From Octopus vulgaris (taxonomy: Eukaryota), in assembly GCA_951406725.2 (NCBI GenBank), contig OX597826.1, positions 17,298,001-17,362,000 of the forward strand: 64,000 bases of DNA. Direction: 5' to 3'. How positions within the stretch are numbered: position 1 is the stretch's first letter; every line of letters begins with the position of its first letter. Position numbers and translations under genes: made by a program. Below, in pieces: positions 13,713 through 26,601 of this stretch. The notes under the pieces were generated by a model that ran no database searches, was not told where the DNA came from, and was given only the letters and a program-made list of their open reading frames with translations.

Positions 13713-13882
13713 TCTTGGTGACCTGATGAGGTAGCTTTCTTTGTTTGCATTGTTTTTAGAATATACAATATATAATTGCACTGTATAATGTACATTAATG
13801 TAGAATTGTAAAAATAAAATATATCATGCACTGAAATTATCATTACATAAAGAAGGCTGCGAAACGGCCGTAGTCCTGAGGA
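13713..13882 (+). ncRNA. Type I hammerhead ribozyme motif, complete core
   Basis: Stem I TCTTGG(T)GAC / GTCCTGAGG; CTGATGA 13723-13729; one extra G; 13-bp stem II GTAGCTTTCTTTG / TAAAGAAGGCTGC closing a loop of about 100 nt; GAAAC 13861-13865, palindromic GGCC, GTA triplet 13870-13872. Confidence 0.8.
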
Positions 13883-14564
13883 TAACAAGTGGTTAAATAT
13901 ATTCACGTTTCATACCTCCTTACGTTTTGTAATTTACATGTGTGTGTGCGTCTGTGTGTGTGTCTGTGTGTGTCTGTGCCTGTGTGTATGTGTGTGTGTC
14001 CGAGAAAGAAGATTCTGCAATTTCTTGCTAAATAACGTGCATAAATGATTTGTCAAATAGTGATCAAGCGCTTGTGCTATGCGTTACTCTCTCTCTCTCT
14101 GTAATCAGATACACGTTGTACCACCCGTCAGATATCGAAGTGATTGCAGAGCAATATCAGAGGAAGAATACAACGCACCACCCGGACTAGGAACTGAAAC
14201 CACAACCTCGCAATAGCTCGTGCGTCCCTAACCACTTGGCCTTACACCCTCACACACACACACATGCACACACACGCACACAGACACACACGTGTGTGTG
14301 TGTGTATCCGAGTGTGTATCTATGTATCTATGTTTGTATATAGGAGTAAAAATCGTAGAAATAACATTAGTAAAATTATGAGGTATGGGGATGAGGAATG
14401 AGGAAACAAATACCTCGCGGAATCAGACAAATGAAAGCAAGTGCCTGAAAAGCGTAGAATTGTAAATCAAAGCAGAAAAGTAATTATCAAAGAAAGGTAC
14501 AACCGTCAATGAAAGGAATAGAAGAGAAATTGATGCTTCGAGTGATACCTGTTTATTTAAGAGA

Positions 14565-14750
14565 AGAACCATTAGCACACCGGGAAAAATGCTAAGCGGC
14601 ATTTCGTTTGACTTTGCCTTTCATCCTTTCGCGGTCGATAAAATAAGTATCAGTTGTCGGTGTAATTGACTTTACCACCACCCACCACCCACCCGCCCAC
14701 GACCAACCACCACCATGAACATGCTGGCCGGGATCCAAAATGTGAAACCA
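14565..14750 (+). mobile_element. SINE family B (internally deleted)
   Basis: TTAGCACACCGGG..GCTAAGCGGCATTTCG..GACTTTGCCTTTCATCCTTTCGCGGTCGATAAAATAAGTA. Confidence 0.85.
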
Positions 14751-16402
14751 TTTAAGAGAAGAAAGAGAAGTGAGAAGCAAGAGAAAGAGAAAATAAATGA
14801 ACGTTACTGCATATATGACATCTATTACGAAGACACTTTATTTTCATTTCATCAGAGAGAAGGAAAACAATAGCAATGATTTTAAATAATACATTAAATC
14901 GTATAAATCAATTCTTAAGTTGTCTTCCGTACTTGCTGGAATAATTAAAACTACATTAATCATTCACTAATACCAGTTTTTCCTCGGAGCCTATTTATTT
15001 CTACTTGGTTTTTAAATGCGTAATAAATGTATTAACACAACATATTAACAGGAGAAACCCTCCTTCTCACTGACAGTTGCGTGGAGAATGTTTTGTTAAT
15101 AAAATATTGATTGAAAGATTGGCCAATGAAAGAGGGAGGAGAGTTAAAACGGATGCAACTATGTTTCACCCTACAAATGAGTGACTTCACAAGCAGACAG
15201 AAGATAAATGGTACAAGGTATCGATAGAAATGTGCTGGTTTTACTAAAAAATTAACGAATAGGGTAAACTTAATTTCTAACAGGTGGGGATGTTGTTAGT
15301 TCCAAATAAATGTTATTCAAACATCCAGTCTAATGATTTGGTGAAAATACTAAAATGGGCACAACTTGAAATAAATCCCCTGATTTTAGACTGGTATACA
15401 TCTAAGCATCAACACGAAAACACATTCACATGGGCACACACACACAGACATACAAACACACACACACATATATATATACGAGAGCGCTAACATGCCATCT
15501 TGAAGGTAGTGCTCGAGCAATGACAGTCATTTTTACTGAAAGGCATTATTTATATGTATTTTAAGTTTCGTGGCTTTTTCTGTTTTTGCGCTATTCTTCA
15601 GTTCTGTGTTTCCTTTTGTGGGTTGGGGGCGGTTATCTTTACTTGTGTCTGTCATCCTTTCTTATAAATATAAATATTCTCTTGTCTGTTGTGCTATATT
15701 CTACACTCATTTAATAACTACTATTTCTTAATTTGGGGTTATATCGTTATTATTGTTTTCTGAGTTCTTCATTTTTCTATCCTTTGTTGTTCTTTTCTTT
15801 TCTTTCTATTAATTTCTATTAATTTATTCTATTCTTTCTATTCTTTTATTCCCATTTCTTCAGTTATAATTATATTCATGCTGTTTATTTTTGTTCATTT
15901 ATGAATGGTTATATTCTGAATTCTACATCTTTGGCGAGATACTTGTTAGTTCAAATTTGTTTGTATTATTAAGTCTCCATCTATGATTATGTCCTTCGTT
16001 GTTATTATTTCTTGTTCAGCTTTTGTTATATTATAAGTTATTCATATTTGATTATATTCCTAGATCTCTTATATGATTTGTTGATAGTTTACCGTTCATT
16101 CATGTAATTTTTCTTGTCCATTTACTTTTGTCATTCTCAAATTGAAATATAGTCTTCATTTAATCGCACTTTTCTTTGGTCATGTTTATCTTCATTTGTT
16201 TCTGAGTCTACAGTTTTTTGTTTATTACATTAATTTGGTTCTATATTTATGTAATCTTAGTGTCTTCCTAAATATACCACAGTCGTGTCATATCAATATT
16301 TCTCTTCCTTTGTTATAGCCTTGATTTGTCATTTATGGTTCTATTTGTATACATCTATATTTGGGTATATGTCCTTCATGAGTGAGTATAAACGCGGTAC
16401 TC

Positions 16403-16453
<51 letters not shown>

Positions 16454-16711
16454 AGTTCTGTATTTTGGATTTTCTTATTTTTGGTTTTGTTCTGAGTTTT
16501 TCATCCTTAGTTATATTCTTTTGTTATTCATTCTTAATTCTAGTATTCGATCACCAATTAAAGTAGAACAAAGTTCTGATTCTTCGCCTTTGATTATATT
16601 CTTAGCCCATCATCTTTGCTTAAACACATTATTTGGTTTTTGGAGATACATACACACGTATATATATATATATATATATATATACAGAGAGAGAGAGATA
16701 TACATTCATAC

Positions 16712-16798
<87 letters not shown>

Positions 16799-16800
16799 TA
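16712..16800. repeat. (GATA)n microsatellite
   Basis: Direct inspection; further (TA)n tracts at 16405-16448 and 16905-16962. Confidence 0.95.
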
Positions 16801-16899
16801 CTAAATTTAGATTCAGTAGGGTATATAATGTCACTTGCTAAAATCAGAGCCAATGCTCCAAAACCAACAGAAACTCACAATAAATAATACATCTTTATA

Positions 16900-16965
<66 letters not shown>

Positions 16966-17098
16966 CTGGTCATCTTTGATTTATCTTCGTTTATAGTTTA
17001 AGTATATCCTTGACTTAATTAATCATCTGAAAGTAGCGTCACTTGAAAGTGACGCTTTGTTCTGCTCTTCATGCTAAAGGTATCATGCTTATATGAGC

Positions 17099-17197
17099 GT
17101 TTACATTGACGCTACGAGGTACATGTTAACACATGGAAAATTCAATCAGATTGAATCTTCCATGAGTTAACATGTCCCTCCTTGCGACAATGTAAAC
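17099..17197. repeat. About 99-nt near-perfect palindrome (MITE-like or pre-miRNA-like hairpin)
   Basis: GTTTACATTGACGCTACGAGGTACATGTTAACACATGGAAAATTCAATC pairs with GATTGAATCTTCCATGAGTTAACATGTCCCTCCTTGCGACAATGTAAAC with about 6 mismatches. Confidence 0.85.
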
Positions 17198-17429
17198 TTC
17201 CATCTAATCAAGATATTCTTGACCGGATCTTATCTACTCCATTCCTTAACTCTTCTACATATACATAGATAGATAGATAGATGCATACATACATACATAC
17301 GTACATATATACGTACGTGCGTACGTACATACATACACACACACACATACATACATATATATATATATATATCGTTCTCATATTTGCTCATGTTTAGTTC
17401 ATTGTTTTAACTTTGATTATCAATACTCC

Positions 17430-17577
17430 AGCTGAGTTCTGGGTTCAAATACCCCGAGGTCGGGGTATTCTTTCAGGGTCGATAAAATAAGTACTGGTTG
17501 AATACTGGGGTCGATGTAATCGACATGTCCTCTGCCTCGAACTTGCTGGCCTTGTGGCAAAATTTGAAATCAATATT
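17430..17577 (+). mobile_element. SINE family B, 5'-truncated
   Basis: GTTCTGGGTTCAAAT...CTTTCAGGGTCGATAAAATAAGTACTGG...GGCCTTGTGGCAAAATTTGAAATC. Confidence 0.85.
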
Positions 17578-18606
17578 TGGTACTCCATCCTTAGTATTTT
17601 TAATAATTCCTCAGCTACAATTGCGCTTTTGTTTGTATTTACAGTAGCTTTATTTTTGTTATAAATCTTTATTCTTTGTATTTGTGTATGTTTGTTTGTT
17701 TACACTCTATGTTCATTATCATTTGTTGCATCGTTGGTGTTTTATCTTCAGTGGTATTTGTGGTTTGTTATGGTTACATATAGTTTCCGTTCTTCATCTT
17801 TTATTACATTCTTGTTTCTTCATGTTTGGTTGTATTCATTGTCTTCCATCTTTAATTACATAATTGATTGTTCGTATTTGTTGATATTGTTTATTCCAAA
17901 TCTTTGTCGATAGTATTGTAACTTCATCGTTGGTTATACTCTTGGCTCATCATCTTTGGTTATATTGACTGTTTAACTTCTGGTTATATTCTTTGTTTCC
18001 TGGTTGCTACTTGTTGATAAGTTTTGATCATACCTTTCTTCTGCTGTTTTTTTAAATATACATTCTATTCCCTATTTCTATTTTTTATTTCGATCTATTT
18101 TGTTAAAGTTGATTATTTTTCAATACCTGATAATTTTCTGTTCTATAAATAAAAGAAACACGGTTGTCCTTCTAAATTAGCTATTGCCTGAAGAAGAGGA
18201 GGGGGTCATCTTTGCAGTTTAGACCCAAAAATCTGCCTCGCCATTCCGGATGCGGAAAAGGAGTAAACATTAATAGGATCATCAATTTCATCTGTTTTCG
18301 CCTCTTGTTTTAGAGTATAAGTTTCTCACGTAATATACACTGTTACACAGTCATTACTTTTTATGGATATATTTACCGAAAGATTCCACTGATCTAATAA
18401 CTGCACGTTTCACTGATCTAACAACTCCACGTACTTCTAAATAATAATAACCGTCGTTTATCTGAAATACAGAAATTTGAATTATGAAAATCCACATTAT
18501 AGTTTGTTTTGTGTTTTTTTAACTGTAACAAATTATCATAACGCCTGTAATGTGGATAACCATTAACGTCCTGACTGTAATTTCCAGTTAATACTTTGGA
18601 TATTGC

Positions 18607-18820
18607 TAAGGCGGCGAGCTAGGAGAATCGTTAGCATACCTGGCAAAATGCTTAGCGGCATTTTGCCCCGTCTTTACGTTCTTAGTTCAAATTCCGCGGC
18701 AGTCGACTATACCTTTCATCCTTTCAGGGTTGATAAAATAAGTACCAGTAAAATACTGTGGTCGATGTAATCGATTTGCCCTTTCCTCCGAAATTGCTGG
18801 CCTTGTGCCAAGATTGGAAA
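18607..18820 (+). mobile_element. SINE family B, full length
   Basis: AAGGCGGCGAGCTAGGAGAATCGTTAGC start; TSD TTAATA(C/T)TTTGGATATTGC at 18588-18606 and 18821-18839. Confidence 0.93.
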
Positions 18821-19079
18821 TTAATATTTTGGATATTGCATATGACATTTAATTTCAACCATGTATGATGCAATTGGGTTATAGACCACATAGCATACTC
18901 TTTGTAACGCTAAAACAGTCTTCATTGCATTTCTGAATTTGATCGCTCCTCAGATACAAATCTATTGTTTTAAAATATAATTCAGTAATATTATATTTAG
19001 GGAAGATAACTGAAATCAGTTTATTGTATAACAATCCTCTATTTTTATTAATTCATTTGTTTAACTGAACAGATATGTC

Positions 19080-19440
19080 CTTTTGGTGCGAAGCATTTCC
19101 TACAGCGCCTTAGTACAATTTCAGTAACTTCTATATTGTCTCTCTTCAGATTCCAAGTGCAGGGAATTGCTGTGTCTTTTTTTTTTTTTAATAGGCCTCT
19201 TGGGTATTAATAGCATTCAAGTATCTTTTGGTATTTTTTTTTCTGAAATAGAGCTTCGGGATTCATTATCACGAAATATTGTTTGAAGTGATCTCAAGAT
19301 AATTCTATCGAGAGTGCGTAGAATTTGTATCCTCCGATGCAGCTGATGTTGGTTCAACATGTAACCGCTGGAAGAAAAACTAAGAAAATTACCCAAATGG
19401 ATCATAAAAATGATTTCAGTTACTTTCACTTTTCAGGTTG
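19080..19440 (-). mobile_element. Degenerate RTE-like LINE fragment (post-RT region)
   Basis: HLGNFLSFSSSG...QLHRRIQ resembles F.YLGS..S..G....EI..RI; downstream TWNLKRDNIEVTEIVLRRC resembles ETWTL....I..LE.FH.RCLR. Confidence 0.45.
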
Positions 19441-20524
19441 TTATTGCACGTGTATTCCAAAATTGAAAAAGCGGGATTATAGTGGATAAGATCAAGCGTC
19501 TTTTTGTTTTGTTTTGGTATTCTTTCTTAAATCAGTTTCTAGCTGATGTGCATCAAACCATTTATGATCACATGGACTACGGTACAGTGAATATCGATAA
19601 AAGAGTAGTCACACAGCCAAACTTTAGATAAATGTAAAGAGCAAATCTCCGTTCTTAATTTTCAGAGCATATTAAAATTGATGCTAATCGATAAAACACC
19701 TAACCATGTATTTTATGGTTTATACACAAATTTTCTATTTGAATTGTTCGCTTTAGTGGCTGTTGCCTCTAAAGATGTAAAAGATTAAGCTGGATTGTAA
19801 TCCCTAATGTTAGCTCAAGGTTAATACTCTTTACGTGAAGTTTAATGTCCTCCAAGCTCTGAAGGTGGATCTTGGATTGGAGGTACCACTAAATTTCCAT
19901 AACACCAGTTGAGCTCAACATTTGCCTTTCAGCTACTTAAAATTCTGCCTTCAACTCACATATTTGCACCACATTTAGAACATTTAGCATTCAGGTTCGC
20001 AGAATAGCTTCTATTACTGTTTCTTCAATTCATTAATTAATTTTTGCTTTGAAATAGTTTTCCAGCTTTATAATTCTATTTGAAACAGCTACAACAAACT
20101 ATTTTTTGGTTTTAATTTACTACACGAATCTATGCGCCTTTCCTCTATGATGTTCGTCATTTATTTTTATGTGCTTTTGCATTAGACTTGTTCAGTTATT
20201 AGCATATCTTTGTAATATTTCTCTTTCGCTCATACAGCTGTTTGGTATCGCTGTATTGTCACACTGCTACATTGTGATTCATATTCATACATACGTGGAA
20301 GGTACCAACGTGTAGTAAAAAGTATTAATCCCACTCAACATATTAAGCACAATATATGTAATAAAGGGTAATTATTGTTTGAACATTTTCCAGCTTGAAG
20401 TAATGAAGCAGGAGCATGTTTATCCGATGTATGTGTGTGTGTATGTGTGTATGTGTGTGCGCGTGTGGGTGTGCGTGTGTGTCTTTGTATACATAAATAT
20501 ATATATAGATGTATACACATACAC

Positions 20525-20582
<58 letters not shown>

Positions 20583-20596
20583 TAATTTATAATTAT

Positions 20597-21880
20597 ATAA
20601 TAAAATTATATTAAAGGGTGCGGATAAACCCCACCAACACTCTAGAAACAGACGCTGAATGGCCCAAAAAACCACATCTGTACTCCGTTAGAATAGGTTG
20701 TAAGCGGGCAGATGAAAAAAATGAATAAGATTTTTTGAACAAGATAGTTCATTGCAGATCGAGTTCTGGCTTGTGGTTGTAAAACCCCTAGCTGTCTTCA
20801 GTACAATATGCCAAAGTATACAGACGCAAATATTTATGCATATCCATAGGAACAAGATACCCGCACGATTATATGCATACATTTAGACGTATGCACTTGT
20901 AAAATTCTAATTTTTTCTTATCGCAACCACATACTTTTATTATCAAAATAATCTCACAGCTAATGCAATTTGATCAGGAGTTAAAATATAAATTTTATTC
21001 AAAATTAACGATAAAATCACATTAGTGGTTTTATCAATTGGCCAGCGTGAAATAATAACCCTGTAGGTAACAATTTATACTACTTTATGATTATATAATA
21101 TAATTATATTAAAGGGTGCAGATAAAACCCACCAACACACTAGAAACAGACGCCGAATGCCCCAAAAAACCACATCTGTACTCCGTTAGCATAGGTTGTA
21201 AGCGGGCAGATGAAAAAATGAATAAGATTTTTTGAACAAGATAGTTAATTGTAGATCGAGTTCTGGCTTGTGGTTGTAAAATCCTTTGCTGTCTTCAGTA
21301 ATTATAAATTAGTATAAATTGTTACCTAAAAGGTTTTTATTTCACGCTGACTACTTGATAAAATTATTAAAGTGGTTTTATCCTTAATTTTGTATAAAAT
21401 ACATATTTTTGCTCCTGATCAAATTGCATTTGCTGCGAGATTATTTTAATAATAAAAGCACATTTGGTTATGATAAGAAAAAAATAGATTTTTACTATGT
21501 ATACATATAAATGTATATAATGTATATAAATATCGAACGGATATGTTGTTCTTATGGGTATGCATAAATATTTGCACCCATATAATTCGGCATATTGTAC
21601 TGAAGACAACTAGGGGTTTTAAAACCCTAAGCTAGAAATTAACTGTCCTTTTTCAAAAAATCTTATTCATCTTTTCATCTGCCTGCTTACAACCTATGCT
21701 GACAGAGTACAGATGTGGATCTTAGAGCCATTTGGCGTCTGTTTCTAGCGTGTTGGTGGGGTTTGTCCACTCCCTTTAATATAACTATATTATATAATTA
21801 TATATTAGTATAAATTGTTATCTACAAGGTTTTTAGTTCACGCTGGCCACTTGATAAAATCATTAAAGTGGATTTATCTT
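20597..21880. mobile_element. 497-bp unit in tandem (about 1.4 copies) plus inverted (about 1.2 copies); Penelope-pLTR/retrozyme-like
   Basis: Copy 1 about 20597-21090, partial copy 2 about 21093-21300 (period 497), reverse-orientation copies 21301-21880. Each carries a decayed hammerhead motif (20751-20807 -, 21248-21300 -, 21594-21640 +); preceded by (TA)n. Confidence 0.75.
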
Positions 21881-22219
21881 TTTGGATAAACTGTGTGTGT
21901 GTGTGAGTGCGTGTGCGTGTGTGTGTGCATTAATTATAATAGTTTGGGTATGAAATACAATATATATATATATATGTATACATGCAAAACGAAAGACTGT
22001 AAAGGCTGGAGACCTTCAGATGATGAAGTTTTAAGTATAAATATATATAGATATATTCCATTAAGATCTGAAATTTAAGAGCTTCTCTGCCCTGATTACG
22101 GAGGCTCGTCTTATCCAGTTTTAATTGTATCCATAGGGCCACATATTTTGATAAACTACATCTGCCAACATCATTATGAATCGCCGAGCCCCCAGAAACA
22201 GTTCTTGAAATTAAAACAC

Positions 22220-22255
<36 letters not shown>

Positions 22256-22719
22256 TTGTAAATGCTTCAGAGAATATATGATGTCTAGCTTTATGAAACT
22301 AAACGTACGTAACTAAAATTCATTACACCATAAATCGTTCGACTTTAATATAAGCAATGTAATGATTAAGCCTGACTGCAATATATATGCGAGTTTTTTA
22401 AAATGTCATTGCAATCGACAGAAAAATGAAAATATCTATTGAGAAACAGCCACTCATCAAAGCTATAAGACACATACGACACAAAATTGTTGGAAACGAA
22501 AGTTAAATGAATGCATTTCAGCTTAGACGTAAACAGTGAAGCGTATCACTTAAATGAAAAAAGACAGCACAAAAACATAGGATATAAAGATTGACATTCA
22601 ACGTATTACATTAAATATGAATTTGACTGAGTGAAAATAAAGTGATAACTCTCTCTCTCTCTCTTTCTCATTTTCTCTCCTCTCACTTTCTCTCTCTCAC
22701 TCTGTGTATATATATATAT

Positions 22720-23625
22720 AGGTGATAAATAAAAATATATGCATACATACAAACATATATATACGTACCTACATCTACATGTATATATACATGCATATAT
22801 AAATAATTATACAGGAGTACAGGACATCACAATAAGACGTAGAAACGGAAAAAAACAAAAAAACAAAAAACAAGAAAACGAAAAACGAAAAACAAGAAAA
22901 CGAAAAACAATTACAGGACGAGCTACACAAGGACAAAACCCCCGTCATCAGCTGTCGCTAGTAAGTCAGGCATGTTTCGAAGACATAGACAGAGGACACT
23001 AATCCAATAGGCCTTCCTGCGAGAGAATTAAAATAAAATTCCAAGCAGCGGGGCAAAATGAGTACGAACACAAACAAAACGTAACAATAAAACTGCAAAA
23101 TTAAAATACAAGTACAAAAACAAACACACAATAGGACGAACGAAAAAGCCTTTTTTTTTTTGGCATAGACAAACAATAAAACTGCAAAAATAAAAATACA
23201 TGTACAAAAAATACAAAACGAGAAAATAAAAAGAATACGATACAGGAAATCAACCACACAGGGAGGAGAACGAAAAAGCCTTTTGCTGGCGAAGACGAAA
23301 AGTATTGTATCAGCGCGTGGAGGCAGTCTTTTCAATAGTAAGAACCACGTGTAAAGGAATTTTGTTTTATAGGCAAAGAAGAAGGAAGGAGGAGGGGGCA
23401 CGCGGCGAAGAGAGAGGAGGAGTGGGAGGGAGAGAGATTGAAGAGGTTAAAGCAAAGGGAGAGAGTTCCGCATCTTAAATATAATAATATAAAAAAAGGA
23501 ACCAAGAAGTGGACCGAAACGACGAATCGGAACGAACCTGATGCAGGGCGCTGTCAGACAATAAGGTGATAAATAAAAATATATGCATACATACAAACAT
23601 ATATGTACGTACCTACATATATATA
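22720..23625. repeat. About 780-bp A-rich segment flanked by about 55-bp direct repeats
   Basis: AGGTGATAAATAAAAATATATGCATACATACAAACATATAT.TACGTACCTACAT occurs at about 22720 and about 23564; an internal short duplication AACAATAAAACTGCAAAA occurs at about 23083 and about 23172. Confidence 0.75.
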
Positions 23626-23658
23626 CCTACATATATATATATACAGAGAGAGAGAGAG

Positions 23659-23835
23659 AGTTCCGGAGAACAGGTGATAAATATTTCCTTATACATATAC
23701 ATACCTCCATAGACATAAATACTTTCGATCTCTCCCTCCCCTCTCTCTCTCTCGCTCCTTCTCTCTCTCTCTCTCGGTATATATATTTTTGACTTCTATT
23801 TTTAGGGATGCTGTGCTCATGTAGTACCCTTGTAT

Positions 23836-23884
<49 letters not shown>

Positions 23885-24359
23885 AGTGTGTGTGTGTGTA
23901 TCTTATATATATATTCTATTAATTTTGCTTGTACGGCTGGTATTCGCTGTCACCTCTGATGGCATTTCATTTTTACTTATAAATAATTTCACATATTTCG
24001 TTTGTTTAAATGGTGTTTGGCCACTTCAAAAGAATTTTCAGGCATGAAAGGGACAAATTTTAGGAGTTGTTGGCTGTCAGGTTTGGCTGACAAGAATCAG
24101 GCACTGTTTGGCGCTAAATTCGAAATCATGATATCAAATTAAACAGCTGACCTAGCAGAGGTAAGACGATTTTATGGTTCACTGGGATATTTTCCTACCA
24201 TGCTTGTATTAATTTTGTCACTATTCCGTGGCACAGAACTATTATTTTATTGTGTGGTTCCTGGTTCAGTCCCACTGCGTGGCACCTTAGGTAAGTGTCT
24301 TCTACTATAGCTTTGTGAGTGGATTTGGTAGACGGAAACTGAAAGAAGCCAGTCGTATG

Positions 24360-24408
<49 letters not shown>

Positions 24409-24649
24409 TTGTGTGACTGCGTTTGCCCCCCCGCCAACATCGCTTGACAACCGATGCTGGTGTGTTTACGTCCCCGTAACTTAGCGGTTCGGCAAGAGAG
24501 AGCCGATAGAATAAGTACTAGGCTTACAAAGAACAAGTCCTGGGGTCGATTTGTTCGACTAAAGGCGGTTCTCCAGCATAGCTGCAGTCAAATGACTGAA
24601 ACAAATAAAACAAAAGAAAAAAGAAAAAAATATGTATGTATGCATGTAT

Positions 24650-24691
<42 letters not shown>

Positions 24692-24792
24692 ATTAATTTT
24701 GCCTGTACGGCTGGTATTTGCTGCCACTGGTGATGGTATCTTGATAGCACTATCACTCTCATATCTACATATATATATATATAAGAGAGAGT

Positions 24793-24847
<55 letters not shown>

Positions 24848-24923
24848 GAGAAAGCGAATGTATATATGTCTATGGAGGTATGTATATGTATAAGGAAATA
24901 TTTATCACTTGTTCTCCGGAACT
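23659..24923. repeat. About 110-bp inverted repeat pair bracketing about 1.05 kb
   Basis: AGTTCCGGAGAACAGGTGATAAATATTTCCTTATACATATACATACCTCCATAGACATA (from 23659) recurs as its reverse complement at about 24845-24923. Confidence 0.85.
24254..24630 (+). mobile_element. SINE family A, 5'-truncated
   Basis: Homologous to 11183-11647. Confidence 0.92.
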
Positions 24924-25254
24924 TGTTGACAGGGTAATAGTCATTTTTAATCATACCTGAAATATCTATGTTACTGTGTATGTGTGTGTGTGTGTGTATG
25001 TGTGTGTATGTGTGTGTGTGTGTGCGTGTGTGTGTGTGTGTGTAAGAGTATGTACTATGATGGAACAAAAGAGAATCAATTCGTCTCCATAAAAACCTTT
25101 TAGAAAGAAAACTAGAGCTTAATGTTTATAAACTTATAAATTTCTCGTTGTCCGGAAGTCGGTCGGAAGTACTCAATATTCAAATCTTTATTGGTTCATG
25201 GATTAAAATTATTTGGGACACAACACAAACACATATTTATATATATATAACTAA

Positions 25255-25287
<33 letters not shown>

Positions 25288-25291
25288 CGTG

Positions 25292-25475
25292 AGTGGTAAG
25301 AAGATTGTTTCACAACCACATGGTTCTGGGTTCAGTCCCACTGTGTGGCACCTTGGGCAAGTGTCTTCTACTATAGCCTCGGGTCGATCAAAGCCTTGTG
25401 CGTGGATTTGGTGGGTGGAAACTGAAAGAACCTCGTCGTATATACTATATATATGAGTGAAACAAATAAAAGAAC
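25292..25475 (+). mobile_element. SINE family A, internally deleted
   Basis: Head and core present; jumps to the TGAAACAAATAAAAGAA tail. Confidence 0.85.
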
Positions 25476-25654
25476 ATATATATATATATTTCATGACCCT
25501 ATACTATACGTTTTAGAACGAAGTGTGAATTTTATTCCATTCTGAAAATATAAAGCAAATGATGGTTTGTAGAAAGGTGCCTTCTTCGAACTCTAAATTA
25601 GAAGGCTTAAGAATGAAAGTTAAAAGTGCTGGCGAATAAATTATATTTAGTAAT

Positions 25655-25870
25655 GTTGATTTAAAATTTTGGCACAAAACCAGCAATTTCGGGGGACGGA
25701 GGTAAGTCGAGTACATTGACCTCAGTACTCAACTGATATTAGTTTTTATCGATGCCGAAAGGATAGAGGGCGAAATCAACCACATCGGAATTTGAACTCA
25801 GAGCACGAAGACAGACGAAATGCCGCTAAGCATTTTGCCTGGCGTTCTGAGGACTCTGCCAACTCGCCTT
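25655..25870 (-). mobile_element. SINE family B
   Basis: Reverse complement of the family B sequence throughout. Confidence 0.88.
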
Positions 25871-26601
25871 TTTAATATTCACTAATGTCGACCACAGATA
25901 ATTATCAGAAGTGATCAATATCACTAAATTTGGTAATATTAACAAGAGTTAATTTTGGCCATGTTCCTGAACTCTGTTATTCGCCAACTGACATTACTTC
26001 TATCTTTGACCTTAGCTTTTAATAGGGGTTGACAGACAAAAAGGAAATTTTACTTTCTGCGCCTAGAATAGGACAAGTCCTGAACGTTTTAACGATCTCA
26101 TAAAAACTCCGGCGTTCAATACCCAATAGTGATTTTTGTTATTCTTGCAGAAGGTTATATGTCTTTAGGCCTACGTTTGATAAAACATTTCTTGTCCCTC
26201 ATCTTTCTCTTTATAACATAATTCTTGTTCTAATCAGAGACCACGTCGAAGGCGTTATGAGATCTCTTATCGTTTGACAAATTTCATTATTTCTTTATTT
26301 ACTCACTTAATATACGAAATATATAAAACTTGTAGATTATGTACAAGATAAAAATTATTAGAGTTTGTGATAAACATTGTTCAAGATAATTCTTTCTTAT
26401 CATTACGATATTACTATCGATTATTTAACATGTTAATCATAACATAACTACAAGTAAAAAGAAGTGTCATGTGTAACTGAAGACATTTTTCATACACACA
26501 CATATTTATGTTATGTGTGTGTGTGTTTACAGGAAACATATATGGAGGTAAGTTATACAAGAGCAAATATATACAAATTTAGGGTACTATAACTCTATAC
26601 A

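Noticed and set aside
18185-18260. CTGAAGA followed by a GGGTC/GACCC stem
   Set aside because: No GAAA or cleavage site remains; at best a heavily decayed relic.
22945-22985. GAAAC...CTGATGA on the minus strand (possible type II hammerhead); similar order at 23513-23548 (+)
   Set aside because: Could not form stems I and III with a valid NUH site.
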